DNA of 62,092 bases, filler included, from 7 parts of 7 records of this genome joined end to end with filler, not necessarily neighbours in it; one strand, 5' to 3'; counted from the first letter of the whole stretch, positions 31,965 through 42,421 are shown. A program made the numbers and translations. Notes: a model not told the origin generated them from the sequence alone.

Positions 31965-32589
31965 GTAAATATCTCCGAAATTTGTAATGATGATACCAGA
32001 ACAATTCGGAATACAAAAAAGTTAATCTGTAAAACAAAACAGAAAAATGGACCATTTCAAAAAGCCTAAAGTATGTAATATTAACTTCAATGATTAAACA
32101 TGAAGATTTCCACTTAATCTAAACCAACGCCAAGCTGAGAACAGCAGTAACATTACATCATGCACAAGATGTAAACGTGCTACTCCGACTGTTATCCTGC
32201 TTGGTCAATAAGCAGTATTTCCAAATCCCTCATTGAATACTTTTAGCTTTTGACCTGTTGAGCATTTAACTCACATATTATAAATGCCCTATTGATTAAT
32301 GATTCCTATTTGAATCTGTAATGATTACGAATGACTAAACAATATTTGTATTGTTGAAAGATACCTTGTTCTTAGTATCTGTATTATTTGTTTTCAAGCA
32401 TTAATTAACCATCTTGTAATGGTTACACTAAGTAATAGAATTCAAAGTTTTATAAACTTATGGGTTGACATTTTATTCAAGTTGTTAAGAGATTAGTTTG
32501 AAATTTAAAATTAAAAACACAAGTTTTTTTGAATTAGTAGAGCAGCAGAGAGGAACATAATTAATATCCGTAAAGACTTTTAAGAGAAC

Positions 32590-33963
32590 ATGCAAGAAAA
32601 AAATATGAATGAAGATAGAAAAATTATAATCATCGGTGGCGGTGCTACTGGAATGGCCGTGGCCACAGGCCTTAGTCGCCACAGTGATTATTCCATAACA
32701 GTATTCTCTGCGGACATACACACAGCTTACAGCCAATGTGGAATGCCCTTTGTAATTGGAGGGCAAATTGAAAACTTCGAATCATTGATCCTGCGAGATA
32801 ATAAATTCTTCAGTGATTTAGGAATAGACCTGCGACTGGAAAGCAGGGTTGATTTCATAAACTTGAAAAGAAGAACTATCAGCTCGCAAGGCCAGGATTA
32901 CCATTTTGACAAACTTGTGATAGCCACCGGAAGCAAACCAAGGATACCTGCAAACATTTCCGGCACCTCACTTGAAAACGTCCTCACCCTGAGAACACTT
33001 TCCGATGCAATGAAAATAGAAAACGCACTGAGCAACGTATCAAATGTACTCATAATCGGAGGAGGATCCATAGGTGCTGAGCTTGCCTCTGCAATTGCAG
33101 GAAGAAGTATCAACACTACACTTGTTAACAGAAGCACATCAATACTTTCGCACAATATTGATCCCGATATGGCAGATATAGTTCAGGAACATCTGGAAAC
33201 CCATGGAGTAAAGATCATAACCGGACACGTACCGGAATCAATTAACGGAGATCAAAAAGCAGAGTCAGTAACAATTGCATCCAGCCAGTTTCCTGCAGAC
33301 CTTGTGATTATATGTACCGGAGTTGAACCGGAGAATGAACTGGCAAAGAATACAGGGATAGATATAGGAGAAACCGGTGGAATTGTTGTTAACAAGTACC
33401 TTCAAGCATCTGTAAATGGGGAATTTGACCAGGACATATATTGTGGCGGTGAATGTATTGAAGTTCATGAACTCATCACAGGAAAAGCAATGTTAAGCCA
33501 GGTTGCAAGCACTGCAAGAAGAATGGCCGGACATATAACAAATAATCTCAGCTCTTCTCCCGGGGAATTCAACCCAATACTGAACCCATGGGTTGCTGTC
33601 ATAGGAGAACTCCAGGTAGGAACAACAGGAATAACTTCAAAAACAGCCATGGAAAATGACATACGAATCGTAACAGGGGTTGCCACAGGAGCTACAAGAG
33701 CTGGCTATTACCCAGGCGGAAGCAATCTTTTCATTAAGCTCATATTCAGCAACAGGTATCTTGTGGGAGCACAGGTAGTAGGCGGCGAAGGAGTAAAAGA
33801 GCGCATTGATGCACTCACAATAGCAATCAGTAAAAAGACAACTGCCGATGAGCTGGAAAAAATGGAAACTTGCTATGCACCCCCTGTATCAATGCTTATA
33901 GATCCCGTAAGTTTTGCAGCAAAAGGCGCGCTTAAGAAAATGCGAAGAATCAAACATGATTGA
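32590..33963 (+). CDS. Pyridine nucleotide-disulfide oxidoreductase (NADH oxidase/CoA-disulfide reductase-like)
   Basis: IGGGATG, YSQCGMP, ATG, GGGSIGAE and YAPP motifs. Start may be the second Met. Confidence 0.9.
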   Translation: MQEKNMNEDRKIIIIGGGATGMAVATGLSRHSDYSITVFSADIHTAYSQCGMPFVIGGQIENFESLILRDNKFFSDLGIDLRLESRVDFINLKRRTISSQGQDYHFDKLVIATGSKPRIPANISGTSLENVLTLRTLSDAMKIENALSNVSNVLIIGGGSIGAELASAIAGRSINTTLVNRSTSILSHNIDPDMADIVQEHLETHGVKIITGHVPESINGDQKAESVTIASSQFPADLVIICTGVEPENELAKNTGIDIGETGGIVVNKYLQASVNGEFDQDIYCGGECIEVHELITGKAMLSQVASTARRMAGHITNNLSSSPGEFNPILNPWVAVIGELQVGTTGITSKTAMENDIRIVTGVATGATRAGYYPGGSNLFIKLIFSNRYLVGAQVVGGEGVKERIDALTIAISKKTTADELEKMETCYAPPVSMLIDPVSFAAKGALKKMRRIKHD

Positions 33964-34960
33964 AATTGACGGATCATACGGAGAAGGCGGAGGACAAATA
34001 CTAAGGACGGCTGTAGCCCTTTCTGCCATTGTCGGGGAAGACGTCCTTATCAGAAATATACGTCAAAATCGTCCAAAAGAAGGACTAAAACCCCAGCATC
34101 TTAAATCCATAGAAACCGCAGCAATGCTTTGCAATGCCGACATCAAGGAACTTTTTCCGGGATCCTCAGAGATATACTTTTCTCCATCGGAAATTAAGGG
34201 GTTTAAAAGGAGCATATCAATAGGAACAGCAGGAAGCATCCCCTTACTACTACAAACAATAATGCCTATTGCTGCTTTTGCTTCAGGAAAGACAAAACTC
34301 AGAATCACAGGAGGAACAGATGTTGCATGGTCACCCTCCATTGACTATCTGGAAAAAGTCACATTAAAAGCTCTTTTTGCAATGGGTTACAAGGCAAATA
34401 TAAAGCTGATTAAACGTGGTTACTATCCGCAAGGCGGAGGAATTGCAGAGATTGAGATTCAGCCGGCTGCCCTGAAAGAGTATTATTTTGAAAGAGAAGA
34501 GGGGCACATATCCCGCATTTTTGGCATCTCACATTGTTCTAATCTGCCTGAACATGTTGCAAAAAGACAGGCTGATTCCGCAGGTAAATTCCTGGAAGAA
34601 AAAGGAATGAAACCAAAAATAGCGGTTGAAACGGAAAACTTGCTCTCAACAGGAAGCGGAATTACCCTGTGGTCCGGGTTTATGGGCTCGGTAAGCCCTG
34701 GTAAAAGAGGAGTGCCTGCTGAAAAAGTCGGTCAGAAAGCTGCACAGACGTTACTTGAAGACTTAGAGTCCAGAGCGTCTGTTGATATCTACCTGTCAGA
34801 TCAGCTTATACCTTATATGGGACTTGCAGGAAAAGGTTCTTTCACTGTCAAGGAACTTACCCAGCATTGCCTGACAAATATACACGTAACCGAACAGATA
34901 CTTGACGTTAAGTTCAGCGTTAAAAAAACAGATGGCTTGTTCAAAGTATCTGTGGAATGA
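33956..34960 (+). CDS. rtcA: RNA 3'-terminal phosphate cyclase
   Basis: DGSYGEGGGQILR, GGTDV, RGYYPQGGG and HCLTN motifs; ATG at 33956. Confidence 0.96.
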   Translation: MIEIDGSYGEGGGQILRTAVALSAIVGEDVLIRNIRQNRPKEGLKPQHLKSIETAAMLCNADIKELFPGSSEIYFSPSEIKGFKRSISIGTAGSIPLLLQTIMPIAAFASGKTKLRITGGTDVAWSPSIDYLEKVTLKALFAMGYKANIKLIKRGYYPQGGGIAEIEIQPAALKEYYFEREEGHISRIFGISHCSNLPEHVAKRQADSAGKFLEEKGMKPKIAVETENLLSTGSGITLWSGFMGSVSPGKRGVPAEKVGQKAAQTLLEDLESRASVDIYLSDQLIPYMGLAGKGSFTVKELTQHCLTNIHVTEQILDVKFSVKKTDGLFKVSVE

Positions 34961-34963
34961 GAT

Positions 34964-35596
34964 TTACTCCTCTTCCACAACAGTAAGATACTCCGGAGGG
35001 ATGCCCCTTGCAAGGACAATATCGTCATTAACGGTAACAATATCCACTCCATCCTCTTGAGCGGCGTTTGCATCTATTTCGATGATCACAGGATTATCTG
35101 TGTGGACGCAAGCTGCCTCCTTTGCCTTATCATAAGATGTGCTCAGGTGTACATAGCACTGCCTTATAGGAGAGATCCCATTGTCAAGCAACATATCAGC
35201 TTCTTCCTGACTGACTCCATAGTACAGATATGACAGCTCATTTTCAGGGTAATCCGATATAAGATCCACATCTACTGAATGACCATATCTTGCCCTTATG
35301 AAACCATCATCAATTTCGTAGCGGCCTTTGATGTCAGATTCTACAAGGGATATCAGACGTTCCATAGTACCCCACTTGTAACGTCTTTTCATGACTTCGC
35401 AGAGTTGATCAAGGTCTACCCATCCCTGTTGATCCATTTCAATGCCTACATCATCAGGGAAATGCCTCAATGCACCGGAAACAAATCTTCCAAGACGTTC
35501 TTCCCGATCATCATCCAGCACGTAACGTCCTTCCTCTCCACAATCAGGGCAACTCTCTCCCCTGAAATAGCCATGCTCTTTACATTTACGGATCAT
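34964..35596 (-). CDS. kptA: RNA 2'-phosphotransferase KptA/Tpt1 with N-terminal Zn ribbon
   Basis: ALRH, GRY, IRARYGHS and VHLS motifs; N-terminal CKEH...CPDC. Confidence 0.94.
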   Translation of the reverse strand: MIRKCKEHGYFRGESCPDCGEEGRYVLDDDREERLGRFVSGALRHFPDDVGIEMDQQGWVDLDQLCEVMKRRYKWGTMERLISLVESDIKGRYEIDDGFIRARYGHSVDVDLISDYPENELSYLYYGVSQEEADMLLDNGISPIRQCYVHLSTSYDKAKEAACVHTDNPVIIEIDANAAQEDGVDIVTVNDDIVLARGIPPEYLTVVEEE

Positions 35597-35794
35597 GATA
35601 TCTGCAAATACACCTCATAATTAATATAAGTTGTCAAAATAGCTCAACTAACATTATATACTCTTTAAAAGATGAAAATCAAAGGATTTTTATAAACATC
35701 TTCGTTAGATTAATTATCTAGAAGAATACTAGACTACGTGAAAGGTAAATAGGATAATTATTTAGTAATTTAATTCAGTTTTCAGGGTATTATC

Positions 35795-36922
35795 ATGGAC
35801 GAGATCAGCGAAGTATACGAAAAGCTAGGTGGTATCATCAGTAAGGATGATTTCACACGCAAGGTTGAAGAAAAAGTGGAACAAATGAGCGGACTCTGTG
35901 ATACAAAAACAGCGGCAATGCTTGTTGCTCACGACCTGGGAATAAGTGACAACACTGAAAGTCAGCTACAGAAAATATCGGACATAACCCCCAACAGTGG
36001 CAATGTCAAGTTTATCGCAAAAATTATGTCAGTGTTCCCTGCAAAGGAATTCAATCGTAATGACGGAACCATTGGCAGGGTTGCAAACCTTGCAGTTGCA
36101 GATGAGACAGGATCCATACGTCTGACATTGTGGGATGACAGGGCAGACCTTGTGAAAACAGGGGAAATTGAGGTCGGTCAGAATTATCAGATCGCAGGAT
36201 ATGTAAAAGAAGGATACTCAGGTGTTGAAGTTAATATAGGCAATAATGGTGTTTTCTGTGAAACTGATGAGAATATTGAGGCACGCATTGATTCTAAGCA
36301 GATAAAAGACATCCAGAATGGAATGGGCGACATCAATATCCGTGGAAGAATTATTGATATCTCCGACATCAGGACATTCAACAAAAGAGATGGCGGAGAA
36401 GGAAAGGTCGCAAATATCCTTATAGGAGATGAAACCGGCAAGATCAGAGTCACACTCTGGGATGAAATGGCAGACTTTACAAATGAACTGGAAGATGACT
36501 CCTCTGTGGAAATATTAAATGCATATGCAAAGGAGAATAATTTCAACCAGCAAGTTGAACTGCAGATTGGAAACCGAAGTGTTATAAAGAAAATAGAGGA
36601 CGAAGTCGTCTTTAAGGAAGATTTCACTTCCATTGCCGACATTATACCTGGCGAGTCATACTCAATAACAGGACAGGTATCAGGTCTTGGGGAAGTAAGG
36701 GAATTCAACCGTGACGATGGTACTGTGAACATGGTTTCCAACATATATGTCTCGGATGACACAGGGAGAATACGTATCGCACTATGGGGTGACCATGCCC
36801 TTCTAGTAGAACAGCTTGACATTGATATGACTGTGGAAATAATAGATGCATTCTCAAAATCCGGTTTTAATGATGAGATTGAACTCAGTGCAGGAAACCG
36901 GACAAAAATAACGGTTCGTTAA
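35795..36922 (+). CDS. rpa: Replication protein A (three OB folds)
   Basis: Three repeats of F.R.DG...D(E/D)TG.IR..LW. Confidence 0.93.
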   Translation: MDEISEVYEKLGGIISKDDFTRKVEEKVEQMSGLCDTKTAAMLVAHDLGISDNTESQLQKISDITPNSGNVKFIAKIMSVFPAKEFNRNDGTIGRVANLAVADETGSIRLTLWDDRADLVKTGEIEVGQNYQIAGYVKEGYSGVEVNIGNNGVFCETDENIEARIDSKQIKDIQNGMGDINIRGRIIDISDIRTFNKRDGGEGKVANILIGDETGKIRVTLWDEMADFTNELEDDSSVEILNAYAKENNFNQQVELQIGNRSVIKKIEDEVVFKEDFTSIADIIPGESYSITGQVSGLGEVREFNRDDGTVNMVSNIYVSDDTGRIRIALWGDHALLVEQLDIDMTVEIIDAFSKSGFNDEIELSAGNRTKITVR

Positions 36923-37125
36923 AGAACCTTTTCTATTTTATTTATTGAGTCCTTGCTGTCCGCTGCAAAAATCTTTTTTATAAACACATGCAAGAGACGT
37001 GTATTATATAGAACAGTGAAACGTAAGAACGACCATGAACACCTATATATACAATAAAAGTTACATTTTAATTAGTGGACTATAAGTAATCACATCCTTT
37101 AATTCAGAATGCCGGAAGTACGTTT

Positions 37126-37572
37126 ATGGTCTTGAGTGTTCAGAATGACATGCAAAACGATGTTTCAGTTCTGGAGATCCAGAACGAAATGTTGGTCAGG
37201 GAAACAATGTCAAAGGATATTTTTGACATTGATGTCACAGCCAGCGTTCTTGATGTTTCAAGAATGATGGCAGAAAGTGATACCGGTAGCATTATCGTCA
37301 TCGAGGATGGCGACAGTATAGGTATTATAACTGAACATGATATCATTACCAAAACTGTTGCAATGAATGTACTCCCTTCTAAAATGGCAGCTAGAGAGAT
37401 TATGTCATCTCCAATTATAGCAACCAAATCTTCAACCAATATAATAGAAGCCGCTGAAATGATGGTTAAGTCCAACATTCGCAGGCTTGCTGTAATGGAA
37501 AATGACAAAATTATAGGGATGATAACTGACAGAGACATAATAGCTATCGCTCCCGGGCTGACGACCATTCTG
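37126..37572 (+). CDS. CBS-domain protein, truncated
   Basis: GIITEHDI and IRRLAV...GMITDRDI. Confidence 0.9.
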
Positions 37573-37672
37573 NNNNNNNNNNNNNNNNNNNNNNNNNNNN
37601 NNNNNNNNNNNNNNNNTTAATTAATTAANNNNNNNNNNNNNNNNNNNNNNNNNNNNNNNNNNNNNNNNNNNN
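37573..37672. other. Artificial contig spacer
   Basis: N-run with TTAATTAATTAA. Confidence 0.98.
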
Positions 37673-38076
37673 GAATTAACTTGGCCATAAAAAGATGGTG
37701 ATCTCAGAAAATGGTAAAGATAGACTGGCAGGATATTTTCAGTTTTGCATCGCAGAATGACCATTCCAGAGTTTATCCGCATGTGGTCATATTGAATCGC
37801 GTCACTGTAGTAGGCTGAATTCCCTATTGTCCCCCTTGTTGTCAAAATGACATCGCCACGGCAAAGCTTGCCTTTACGGAGAGCGCCGTCTTTCTGTTCT
37901 GAGATAAACTGGCAATCAGAAAAATCAAAACCGCTTTTAGTCACATTGGTCGCACTCAAGAAAAGACAGTGCCCTTCAGAAGCAAATTCATTCTGCTTTG
38001 GGTAATTCTTGCCTCGGTCGCCATCAATAATATCGAAAGGGGCAAACTCAAAATTTGTCAGCACAGAGCTTTTCAT
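37673..38076 (-). CDS. hsdS: Type I R-M specificity subunit, N-terminal TRD, truncated
   Basis: DGDRGKNYP, GDVILTTRGTIG and INSGMVILR; ATGA overlap with the hsdM stop. Confidence 0.92.
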
Positions 38077-40226
38077 ATCCCCAGCTCCTCAAAATTCTTT
38101 TTGATCAGCGCCGCCAACTTCACAGCTTCGGCATTGAGATCGTCCAGCTCTACATGGATTTCTCGCATGGTCTCTTCAAAATCGAAGTTTTCATCCTCCT
38201 CTTCCGGCGCCACGCCCACATAACGCCCCGGAGTCAAGGACCAGTCATTTGCCTCGATTTCTGAACGGTCCACAAGCTTAACCAACCCTTCCACGTCACA
38301 TAGCTCAGCTTCTGGAAATCGCTCGGTCAACCAATGTGCCTGCCGCCAGAAATATCGTACCTGCTTTAGCTGCTCTACCACAAGACTACGGGCCTTATCC
38401 AAAGCTTTATGAGCAAGTTTAACCTCTTTCCTCGTCCAGGTATCACTTTCAAGGGCGTTGCATTCGGTTTCACAAACTTCGATCACGCGTGATGCCCATT
38501 TGAACAACAAATCGGTCTGCTTGACCAAGCTGCGGCTGGATTCTGCCAATATTGCCATCTGGTCAACGGATTTCTTCAGCGCACCGTTGGTGGTTTTTGT
38601 TTTTTTCTTCCATGCGGCGCGCTGCTTACCCAGCTCCTTTTTGAATCCCTTAATATCATTTTCACACTCGGTTGTTGCAGAACTGAATTCAGTCCATACT
38701 TCAGCATGCGCATCATCCTTTGCGAGTGTCTTGACAAACGGATGAACCGTATTTATTAGTAAATCCGAGCATTTATAAAGATAGGGTAAGGGGGTAACAG
38801 TCTCACCATTTTCATCCTGGTTTTCAAAACAACCGGCCGCCTCGTCCAACATCCGCTCGCAATATGCATGAACCTGGTCAAGGTATCTTTGCGTCTGGTC
38901 GCGATAAAGGGCGACAATTGCAATGATGTTCCGCTCCTGCTCCGGTGAAAAATCATAAATTTTGCGAGTCACCTTACGGTATATGTTGCGGGCATCGATC
39001 ATTAGGACCTTATCCCTATTCCCTTCAGGTTTGTTCCGATTCAGAAACCACAGTTCACAAGGAACGGTACGAGTATAGAAAAAGTTGGAACGGATGGCGA
39101 TCATGATATCCACATCGCCGGTCTCAATCAGCTTTTGGCGGACCTTCGCTTCATCACGACCGGCACTGGATGCTTGGGAAGACATGACAAAACCGGCGCG
39201 GCCATTTTCGTTTAGATAGCTATAAAAATAGCTAATCCATACGTAATTACCATTAGACACCTTACCCTTTCTGCCCTTCGCCTTTTTGTCCTTTGGACCA
39301 GCACCTTTGCTGACTCCTGGAAGACCAAATGGTAGTCGTGGGTCCCTCTTGACTTTATCTGCGTCGATCTCGTCCACATTAAACGGCGGATTGGCCATTA
39401 CATAATCGGCCTTTCCAACCAGTTCATGGGGATCTTCATAATAGGTAATTGCTTTCTGAATATCACCTTCCAGACCATGGACGGCCAAATTCATTTTGGC
39501 CAAACGGATAGTAGTTGCGTTTTTTTCTAAACCACGAAAAGTTAACTGTTCGGTAGGATTCTGGCCATGCTCTTCAACTGTACGGGCACTTTGAACAAAC
39601 ATACCACCTGATCCACAGGCCGGGTCGAGCACGACACCACGTACGGGATCTAAAACATGGGCAATCAGTGAAACCAAAGAAATGGGTGTGAAAAACTCTC
39701 CACCATCGTGCGCTTTCTGGTCCGCAAACTGGGTTAAAAAGTATTCATAGATGCGACCAAAGACGTCACCCGTAACTTTTTTTAATTTATCAGGATTCAG
39801 CGTGCGCAAAAGCTGTCCAATGACGTCGTTGTCCAGTTCCTGATATTCACTTTTAGGTAATACGCCGCGGAGGTTTTCGTAATCCGATTCGATGGATTCC
39901 ATAGCATCGATGATCGCTTTGTCCCGGTCTGCCCCATCAGGCATTTCTACAAGATAGTCGAACTGTGCTTTAGATTGAAGGAAAATTGCACTCTTTTGGG
40001 AAAAATCTTCTTTGGTCAGCGCTCGCGTTTTACCACCGCGTTTTGGTAAATTGGCCTCGATTTCGGATTTTACCAACAAATAACGACTGAATGCATGCCG
40101 TAAAAAAACCAGTCCCATAACCGGCAGGAAATATTCGTTACTGGCATAAGCGGAGTTGGCCCTTAAGGTATCCGCCGCAGTCCAAAGTCGCTTTTCGATA
40201 GCTTCGATATGTTCAAGTTGCGTCAT
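38073..40226 (-). CDS. hsdM: Type I R-M methyltransferase subunit with intact motifs
   Basis: LWTAADTLRAN, GEFFTP, DPACGSGGM, ANPPF and SLTPGRYVG; ATG at 40226. Confidence 0.97.
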   Translation of the reverse strand: MTQLEHIEAIEKRLWTAADTLRANSAYASNEYFLPVMGLVFLRHAFSRYLLVKSEIEANLPKRGGKTRALTKEDFSQKSAIFLQSKAQFDYLVEMPDGADRDKAIIDAMESIESDYENLRGVLPKSEYQELDNDVIGQLLRTLNPDKLKKVTGDVFGRIYEYFLTQFADQKAHDGGEFFTPISLVSLIAHVLDPVRGVVLDPACGSGGMFVQSARTVEEHGQNPTEQLTFRGLEKNATTIRLAKMNLAVHGLEGDIQKAITYYEDPHELVGKADYVMANPPFNVDEIDADKVKRDPRLPFGLPGVSKGAGPKDKKAKGRKGKVSNGNYVWISYFYSYLNENGRAGFVMSSQASSAGRDEAKVRQKLIETGDVDIMIAIRSNFFYTRTVPCELWFLNRNKPEGNRDKVLMIDARNIYRKVTRKIYDFSPEQERNIIAIVALYRDQTQRYLDQVHAYCERMLDEAAGCFENQDENGETVTPLPYLYKCSDLLINTVHPFVKTLAKDDAHAEVWTEFSSATTECENDIKGFKKELGKQRAAWKKKTKTTNGALKKSVDQMAILAESSRSLVKQTDLLFKWASRVIEVCETECNALESDTWTRKEVKLAHKALDKARSLVVEQLKQVRYFWRQAHWLTERFPEAELCDVEGLVKLVDRSEIEANDWSLTPGRYVGVAPEEEDENFDFEETMREIHVELDDLNAEAVKLAALIKKNFEELGI

Positions 40227-40353
40227 ATTATTTCCCTTCAATAATTTTAGAATAAAATCAAAGTTTTCCGACCATTGGCAAATCCATTTTCAAAACACTT
40301 ACCTGTAAACACCAATCCTAATAAACGGTAACCTTCTTGTTATTTTTATGAAT

Positions 40354-42150
40354 TTAATAATTCCAATGCCTTTTTTTTATATTATCCAATTGCTTTCTTA
40401 GATCATTCATTTTTTGTTGGATTGCTATCTCGTCTTCAAACGATTCTAATACCTTTTGCTGTTCTTCATTTGTAAGAATGATCACCGGAAAAGTCTTAAT
40501 GTCTCGAACTTGAATCATCTGCACAGCGGTACCAGCAGCTTTTGATTTGATCATTTCTTGGCCTACCGAGGAACGTAGGTACATGTATAAAACTCGAGGA
40601 TCAATGATTGACCTTTTATTTTTTAACCGTAGGATTTGAAAAGACTGACCAGCGAGCCATTCACCTTCAAAATTTGGTGGAACAATACCAACTTCACCAA
40701 TAGTCCCCTTTGTTGAAAGCAGAATATCTAAAGGTTCAAGGCATTGTTGTTTGGCCTTAGAAAGCATTTTATTGCTAACCAACGAAGTACGTTCCGGTTT
40801 TGAAATATATCCTGTCAAAGGAACATCACTTACCATAACCTCTAAAAATTCATGAATCCCTTCTTCTCTTGAACGGACTGACTGTGACCGAGCTAAATCA
40901 GCTATCTTTTTTAGCTCAACCACCTTGCTTGACTCTATTAGTTTTCCGAGACTTTTTTGATCTGAAGACAATACATATCGATTCGGTAGAAGGTTAAAAT
41001 CATTATCCGCACAATTTTCAGACGATACAAGCTCAGAGTACGGGCCATTACTCGGATTTTCGAGAATGGATACAATCTCATCTATGTTGTCCAATGTATT
41101 GCGGCCGTTCTGCCGTTTGTAAAAGTTTTCAGACGAGGCATCAACAAAGAGAATATCATAGGGCAAAGCATTGTCAGAGCGTAAATTTAGAACAATAAGT
41201 GCGAAAGGAATGGTTGTATTAGGCAGTAGGGCCGGGGGTAACGAAATAATTGTTTCCAGCAATCTATTTTCAATGAGATCTTGTTTTAACTCTTTCTCCC
41301 CAGCACTTGTTCTAAAAAGCACCCCAAGAGGAACTGCGATTATTGCTTTTCTTTTTGTTTGGGCAATACAATGCCGTATATGCAATACTTCTCCGTATAA
41401 AGATTTTTCTGGAAAACGATTAAAAATATCAGCAAGTTTTTTGCGATAACGAATGCCAAAAGGTGGAAAGGCAAGAGTGACATCAAACTTTCTGAGTTTC
41501 CCATTTTCCACTAAGGTTGGCGCTTCAATGGGATCACTGAACTTTGGCTGCAAATTGATGTCACAGAGGATATTAACAATATAAGGATAAGGTGAAACAA
41601 AATGGCTCTCAGTAAAAATGTTATCTGTGTAATCGGAACTACGAATTGCCCCATTATATGAGGATTCAAAAGGACAATAAACATTATCACTTGGTTGGAT
41701 TGCAGCTATTTCCGTTGCAAGCGTAGCTACTTCATAAGGTATTAGAGTCAAGTCGGAGCGAGAATTTGAATATTGCACTATTTCCCATACAGCTTTTTTA
41801 TAATCTATAATGTTACTTTGATAGGCAGACCATAAATAATCCAAAAGTTCAGTCAAAGTACTGTGATTCATTCTGGATATCGTACCTTTTTTAACTTCAA
41901 AACCTTTAGCGTTTAGTCCAATATCCGGATTTTCTGTTAATTCCAGAAAGAGGTATTCCAGCAAGGAAGGGTGAATTGGGCCTTCAGCGAAACGGGCAAC
42001 TTCAAATTTTTTTTCATCGTGAAGTATGCCTTGTTGGGATAGTTTTAGCCAGCTTAGTACTTGAAGAATAAAAATATTGGGTGATGGCGAAGTTATGGAG
42101 GATTCACTGCGCAATATGTTATATATGTTAGATATGAATTGGCTGCTCAT
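40354..42150 (-). CDS. HsdM-like N6-methyltransferase fold with degenerate motifs, fused to a single HsdS-type TRD
   Basis: Motif X reads DLTLIP, motif I reads VYCPFESSY, motif IV reads AFPPF. HsdM scaffold kept (GVLFR, IISLP, LFVDAS, FNLLPNRY). C-terminal DILLSTKGTIG...YLRS...EEQQKV TRD. Confidence 0.85.
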   Translation of the reverse strand: MSSQFISNIYNILRSESSITSPSPNIFILQVLSWLKLSQQGILHDEKKFEVARFAEGPIHPSLLEYLFLELTENPDIGLNAKGFEVKKGTISRMNHSTLTELLDYLWSAYQSNIIDYKKAVWEIVQYSNSRSDLTLIPYEVATLATEIAAIQPSDNVYCPFESSYNGAIRSSDYTDNIFTESHFVSPYPYIVNILCDINLQPKFSDPIEAPTLVENGKLRKFDVTLAFPPFGIRYRKKLADIFNRFPEKSLYGEVLHIRHCIAQTKRKAIIAVPLGVLFRTSAGEKELKQDLIENRLLETIISLPPALLPNTTIPFALIVLNLRSDNALPYDILFVDASSENFYKRQNGRNTLDNIDEIVSILENPSNGPYSELVSSENCADNDFNLLPNRYVLSSDQKSLGKLIESSKVVELKKIADLARSQSVRSREEGIHEFLEVMVSDVPLTGYISKPERTSLVSNKMLSKAKQQCLEPLDILLSTKGTIGEVGIVPPNFEGEWLAGQSFQILRLKNKRSIIDPRVLYMYLRSSVGQEMIKSKAAGTAVQMIQVRDIKTFPVIILTNEEQQKVLESFEDEIAIQQKMNDLRKQLDNIKKRHWNY

Positions 42151-42160
42151 ACGGATCTCC

Positions 42161-42421
42161 TTAATACGAATTGTAGCTATTTAGGTGATATGTGGTTATT
42201 TCCATATTGCCCTCCTCAACAACGACCAAGCCCCCTTTTTCAATCATTTTCTGGGCAACTTTTTGGACGGACCGTAATTCATTCAGTAAACACTGAAGAC
42301 CTTTTTTATTCAGGATGACTTTATCTTGTTTTTTGATGCCGTATTTCATAGTTAGGTCAACCATGGATTGCCGAATACCTCTTTGGGACATTCTGGCTTG
42401 GATGTGGCGTGTTTTGCTCAT
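42161..42421 (-). CDS. DUF4258-like small protein (putative RelE/BrnT-fold toxin)
   Basis: TRHIQARMSQRGI...G...LVVV...ITTY pattern; basic, 86 aa; GGGGAG RBS. Confidence 0.7.
   Translation of the reverse strand: MSKTRHIQARMSQRGIRQSMVDLTMKYGIKKQDKVILNKKGLQCLLNELRSVQKVAQKMIEKGGLVVVEEGNMEITTYHLNSYNSY

Noticed and set aside
24747-37572. Pyrrolysine (TAG) readthrough in the Methanosarcinaceae-like contig
   Set aside because: The recognised genes appear full length with no in-frame amber interruption.
40354-42150. Calling the HsdM-TRD fusion a decayed pseudogene or a type IIG enzyme
   Set aside because: The frame is intact for 598 codons with a good RBS, the clearest losses are at catalytic and SAM motifs, and no nuclease domain is evident.
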